In this document: piece after piece, positions 60,368 through 64,000 of the stretch
Position numbering within the stretch: position 1 is the first letter of the stretch
How the letters are laid out: every line of letters begins with the position of its first letter
Assembly: GCA_965222225.1 (NCBI GenBank)
Contig: CBDCTK010000002.1
Location: 2,752,001 to 2,816,000 of the forward strand
Length of the DNA stretch: 64,000 nt
Direction: 5' to 3'
Source: Candidatus Poribacteria bacterium
GTDB lineage: Bacteria > Poribacteria > WGA-4E > JAJDTR01
Notes under the pieces: generated by a model
Told to the model about the DNA's origin: nothing
The model's input: the letters and a program-made list of their open reading frames with translations, nothing else
Databases searched by the model: none
Translations under genes and position numbers: made by a program

Positions 60368-60450
60368 TGCCCCCGACTGGACTCGAACCAGCATGCCCGT
60401 TAAGGCACAGGCCCTCAACCTGCCGTGTATACCAATTCCACCACAGGGGC
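60368..60450 (-). tRNA. tRNA-Leu(GAG)
   Basis: GCCCCTG/CGGGGGC acceptor stem, anticodon loop TTGAGGG, long variable arm, GGTTCGAGTCC; CCA not encoded. Confidence 0.95.
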
Positions 60451-60685
60451 GTCAAACATTTTAATTATACCGACCCCCAAACGTTGTTGTCAAGGATTAT
60501 TGGAAGTTCACACTTACCATCACGCATTAGGCGTTGCTCCCCGCTTTTTTAAGGTATTTAACATAAAAAACTTGCGTAGGACACCTCCCTGTGATATCAT
60601 ATCCTTGCCAAGAGATGGAGGATAACCGGCATAAATCGAAGTCGATTATAGACATTATAGACCTTGAAGCGCCTACCGCAACGCC

Positions 60686-61681
60686 ATGAAATCGAAATTA
60701 ATCGACAATTTCAACCGCGTGCACACAAACCTGCGTATCTCCATAACCGATCAGTGCAACTTCCGTTGCGTCTACTGCATGCCGGAAGACATGGAGTTTA
60801 TGGAAGATGAAGGGGTGATGACGTTTGACGAAATTGTTCACCTTGCTCGCATCTTTGTCGATTTGGGCGTCCGTAAGGTCCGAGTTACCGGTGGTGAGCC
60901 GTTGGTTCGTCGTGGCGTGCCGGAACTCATCAGCCGACTCAGCCAAATGGAAGAGTTAAAAGATATCAGTTTAACGACAAACGGTATAGGCTTGATTAAA
61001 CAGGCGCAAGCGCTCTTCGATGCCGGGCTTCGCCGCATCAATGTCAGTCTTGATACGCTAAACCAAGCAAAATTTGAGCAGATTACGCGCCGAAAAGTGC
61101 TCTCTAAGGTATTGGAGGGATTACGCGAGGCGAAACGCTGCGGGTTTGACCCGATAAAGGTCAACGCCGTACCGTTGCGCGGGTTTTCCGACGATGAAAT
61201 CGTCGACCTGGCGGCGTTTGCTCGGGAGAATTCCTATCAACTTCGTTTCATTGAGTTTATGCCCTTGGACGCGGACGACATTTGGGGAAAGAATATGTTT
61301 ATTCCCGGCGAAGAGATTGTGAACAAAATCAATGCGGTCTTCCCCCTTGAGCCAATTCCAAACGAGGGTGACCGGAAACACGATACGGCGAAGTGCTACC
61401 GCTTCAGAGACAACGGCGGCGAGATTGGCATCATAGCCTCCGTCAGCGAACCGTTCTGTGACCAATGCAACCGCATTCGCCTGACTTCGGACGGAAAGTT
61501 CCGGACGTGCCTGTTTTCGCTGACGGAAACCGATTTGCTGATGCACCTGCGCGCCGGCGCCCCCGATGGCGTGATTGCGGACATGATTGTGGAAGCCGTG
61601 AAAGCCAAGGGACCCGGGCATAAGATTAACGCCGCTGATTTTGTCAAACCGGAACGTAATATGTCGAGGATAGGGGGATAG
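60686..61681 (+). CDS. moaA: GTP 3',8-cyclase MoaA
   Basis: LRISITDQCNFRCVYCMP, TGGEP, FCDQCNRIRLT, C-terminal IGG. Confidence 0.97.
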   Translation: MKSKLIDNFNRVHTNLRISITDQCNFRCVYCMPEDMEFMEDEGVMTFDEIVHLARIFVDLGVRKVRVTGGEPLVRRGVPELISRLSQMEELKDISLTTNGIGLIKQAQALFDAGLRRINVSLDTLNQAKFEQITRRKVLSKVLEGLREAKRCGFDPIKVNAVPLRGFSDDEIVDLAAFARENSYQLRFIEFMPLDADDIWGKNMFIPGEEIVNKINAVFPLEPIPNEGDRKHDTAKCYRFRDNGGEIGIIASVSEPFCDQCNRIRLTSDGKFRTCLFSLTETDLLMHLRAGAPDGVIADMIVEAVKAKGPGHKINAADFVKPERNMSRIGG

Positions 61682-61718
61682 CCTCCCGGCAGGATTTCGA
61701 AGGGATTTACTCAAAACG

Positions 61719-62552
61719 ATGAGCGATGACTTAGTTATTGAAGATTTACATGTGAATGTGGCAGGACAATCGATTATTAAAGGTCTAAACCTGACAATTA
61801 AACAGGGCGAGATCCACGCACTCATGGGGCCCAATGGTTCCGGGAAAAGCACCCTCTCCAACGCACTGATGGGCCACCCGCAGTATACTATTGATAAGGG
61901 TACAGTAACTTTCAATGGTACGGCTGTCCTTGGATTAGAGCCGAATGAACGTGCGAAACTTGGACTTTTTCTCGCCTTTCAATATCCAACGACGATTCCG
62001 GGTGTCAGTATGGCGAATTTCCTCCGGATGGCGGTAAGCGCGGTGCGCTCAGAAGGCTCAAACGGAAAAGAAACAACAGATTTGATTCCCATGCGCGAGT
62101 TTCGTCGCGAGCTTCGGGCAAAGATGAAACAGTTGGGAGTCGATGAATCGTTCGCGCGACGTTATCTCAACGAAGGCTTTTCCGGGGGCGAGAAGAAGAG
62201 GGCAGAAATTTTGCAACTGGCGATGCTCGAACCCAAGGTTGCAATCCTTGATGAGACGGACTCTGGCTTAGATATTGACGCTGTGCGCATTGTCGGTGAA
62301 AGCGTGAATCAGTTGATTGGCCCCAATTTGGGTGTCTTAATCATCACCCACTATCCGCGCCTCCTAAGCTACATCCGTCCTGAGTATGTACATATTCTGC
62401 TTGATGGCAGGATCGTCGAATCGGGAGGTCCGGAGCTTGCCGCACTGTTGGAGGAAAAAGGATACGACCCAATACGTGAGAAATACGGCATTACAGAAAT
62501 AGAAGTAGAGACTGATGGTGAAGCGGAAGGATTAAGTGGTTTGCGAAGCTAG
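61719..62552 (+). CDS. sufC: Fe-S cluster assembly ATPase SufC
   Basis: MGPNGSGKST, FLAFQYP, NEGFSGGEKKR, LDETDSGLDID, ITHY. Confidence 0.97.
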   Translation: MSDDLVIEDLHVNVAGQSIIKGLNLTIKQGEIHALMGPNGSGKSTLSNALMGHPQYTIDKGTVTFNGTAVLGLEPNERAKLGLFLAFQYPTTIPGVSMANFLRMAVSAVRSEGSNGKETTDLIPMREFRRELRAKMKQLGVDESFARRYLNEGFSGGEKKRAEILQLAMLEPKVAILDETDSGLDIDAVRIVGESVNQLIGPNLGVLIITHYPRLLSYIRPEYVHILLDGRIVESGGPELAALLEEKGYDPIREKYGITEIEVETDGEAEGLSGLRS

Positions 62553-62652
62553 GTTGAAATCGTAATCTCAAGCAGTAATACGTAAAGCGTAATACGTAAA
62601 AGGTTCCGTTACGCATCGCACATAATGAATCCCGCGAAAGAGGAGAAATAAA

Positions 62653-64000
62653 ATGGCAACACCTGAACAGACAGCTCAAACAGACTTGGGTATCAGCAGC
62701 GACTACAAATACGGTTTTCACGATGATGTCAAACCGGTTTTCAAATCACGGAAGGGCTTGGACACCGAAATCATCAATCAGATGTGCGACATCAAGGACG
62801 AGCCCGATTGGATGCGTGAATATCGTATGAAGGCTTACAAAATTTTTAGGCAGAAGCCAATGACGAATTGGGGTGGCGATTTGTCCCAACTCGACTTTGA
62901 TAATATCTATTACTATGTCAAAGCCTCTGATCGGACTGAGCGGAGTTGGGATGACGTGCCTGATGACATCAAGAATACTTTTGATCGGCTTGGCATTCCT
63001 GAAGCCGAGCGAAAGTTCCTCGCCGGCGTTGGGGCACAGTATGACTCGGAAGTTGTTTACCACAATTTAGAGAAGGAATTGGATGAGCTTGGTGTAATCT
63101 TCGTTGATACCGATACCGCGGTGCGCGACTATCCCGATCTGGTGAAGGAATACTTCGGGACGGTGATTCCGTCAGCGGATAACCAGTTTGCTGCGCTTAA
63201 CAGTGCCGCTTGGAGCGGTGGCAGCTTTATCTATGTTCCGCCGGGTGTGAAGGTTAATTATCCACTACAGGCGTACTTCCGCATCAACACTGAGAACATG
63301 GGGCAGTTTGAACGGACATTGATTATCGCCGACGAAGGCGCCGAGGTGCACTATGTTGAAGGCTGCACCGCTCCGACATATTCCAGCGAATCGCTGCACA
63401 GCGCCGTTGTCGAAATCATCTGTAAGAAGGGATCGCGTGTCCGCTACACCACTATCCAAAATTGGGCGAATAACGTGTATAATCTCGTCACCAAGCGTGC
63501 GATGGCGTATGAAGATGCCCACATGGAATGGATTGACGGTAATTTGGGTTCAAAACTCACGATGAAGTATCCCAGCATCTACATGATGGAGCCGGGCGCG
63601 CGTGGCGAGATTCTGTCAATTGCTTTTGCGAGCCGTGGCCAACACCAAGATGCAGGCGGCAAGGTTTTCCACCGCGCGCCGCACACCACATCACGGATTA
63701 CCTCCAAGTCGATTAGCAAGGATGGCGGGACCTCCAGCTATCGCGGTTGGGTTGATGTGGCAAAGGGTGCCAAAGGGTGCAAATCTCATGTTGTTTGCGA
63801 TGCGTTGATTCTCGATGAAGATTCCCGTTCCGACACTTATCCGGTCATCGAGGTTGGTGAAAATGATGTGAGTATTGAGCACGAAGCGCACGTCAGCAAG
63901 ATTGGCGAGGAGCAGCTCTTCTATTTGATGAGTCGCGGCCTTTCCGAAGAAGCAGCTTCAACGATGATTGTGAATGGGTTTATCGATCCGCTCATCAAGG
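62653..64000 (+). CDS. sufB: Fe-S cluster assembly protein SufB (runs off the window)
   Basis: My translation from the ATG at 62653: [59 protein letters not shown]. Confidence 0.96.
   Translation, partial: MATPEQTAQTDLGISSDYKYGFHDDVKPVFKSRKGLDTEIINQMCDIKDEPDWMREYRMKAYKIFRQKPMTNWGGDLSQLDFDNIYYYVKASDRTERSWDDVPDDIKNTFDRLGIPEAERKFLAGVGAQYDSEVVYHNLEKELDELGVIFVDTDTAVRDYPDLVKEYFGTVIPSADNQFAALNSAAWSGGSFIYVPPGVKVNYPLQAYFRINTENMGQFERTLIIADEGAEVHYVEGCTAPTYSSESLHSAVVEIICKKGSRVRYTTIQNWANNVYNLVTKRAMAYEDAHMEWIDGNLGSKLTMKYPSIYMMEPGARGEILSIAFASRGQHQDAGGKVFHRAPHTTSRITSKSISKDGGTSSYRGWVDVAKGAKGCKSHVVCDALILDEDSRSDTYPVIEVGENDVSIEHEAHVSKIGEEQLFYLMSRGLSEEAASTMIVNGFIDPLIK

Overview
Bacterial chromosome window. The PhyH dioxygenases, Gfo/Idh/MocA and glycosidase genes, ankyrin proteins and a C-terminal 'SVSP..K....WG.LK' motif suggest (inference) Ca. 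Poribacteria or a similar symbiont. 1-20 kb holds carbohydrate-catabolism genes, several of them decayed, and the standout feature: three tandem paralogs (11.7-15.5 kb, minus strand) of a bacterial homolog of eukaryotic selenoprotein N. Each is split in the ORF track by an in-frame UGA in an S-C-U-G-S-G motif followed by a conserved SECIS-like hairpin; one copy is intact and two are damaged. After tRNA-Asn (20.2 kb) comes a roughly 35-kb accessory region with no visible integrase. It carries defence-type genes: a PHP-ATPase with its PHP metal ligands substituted plus two Schlafen/AlbA_2 paralogs, a ~1520-aa SF1 helicase-nuclease broken by adjacent IS1595 and IS701 elements, an ABC-ATPase/TOPRIM pair, a ~1700-aa nuclease-STAND NTPase, and HsdM, HEPN and DUF499 remnants. 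It also carries a dense VOC/GyrI/AlkD/SRPBCC detoxification cluster. The right end is housekeeping: dcd, glnA-glnB with a sigma54 promoter and NtrC-like sites, tRNA-Leu, moaA, sufC and a partial sufB. Intergenic DNA is rich in GTAG-REP palindromes and MITE-like modules. All family assignments come from motif recognition by eye; no searches were run.
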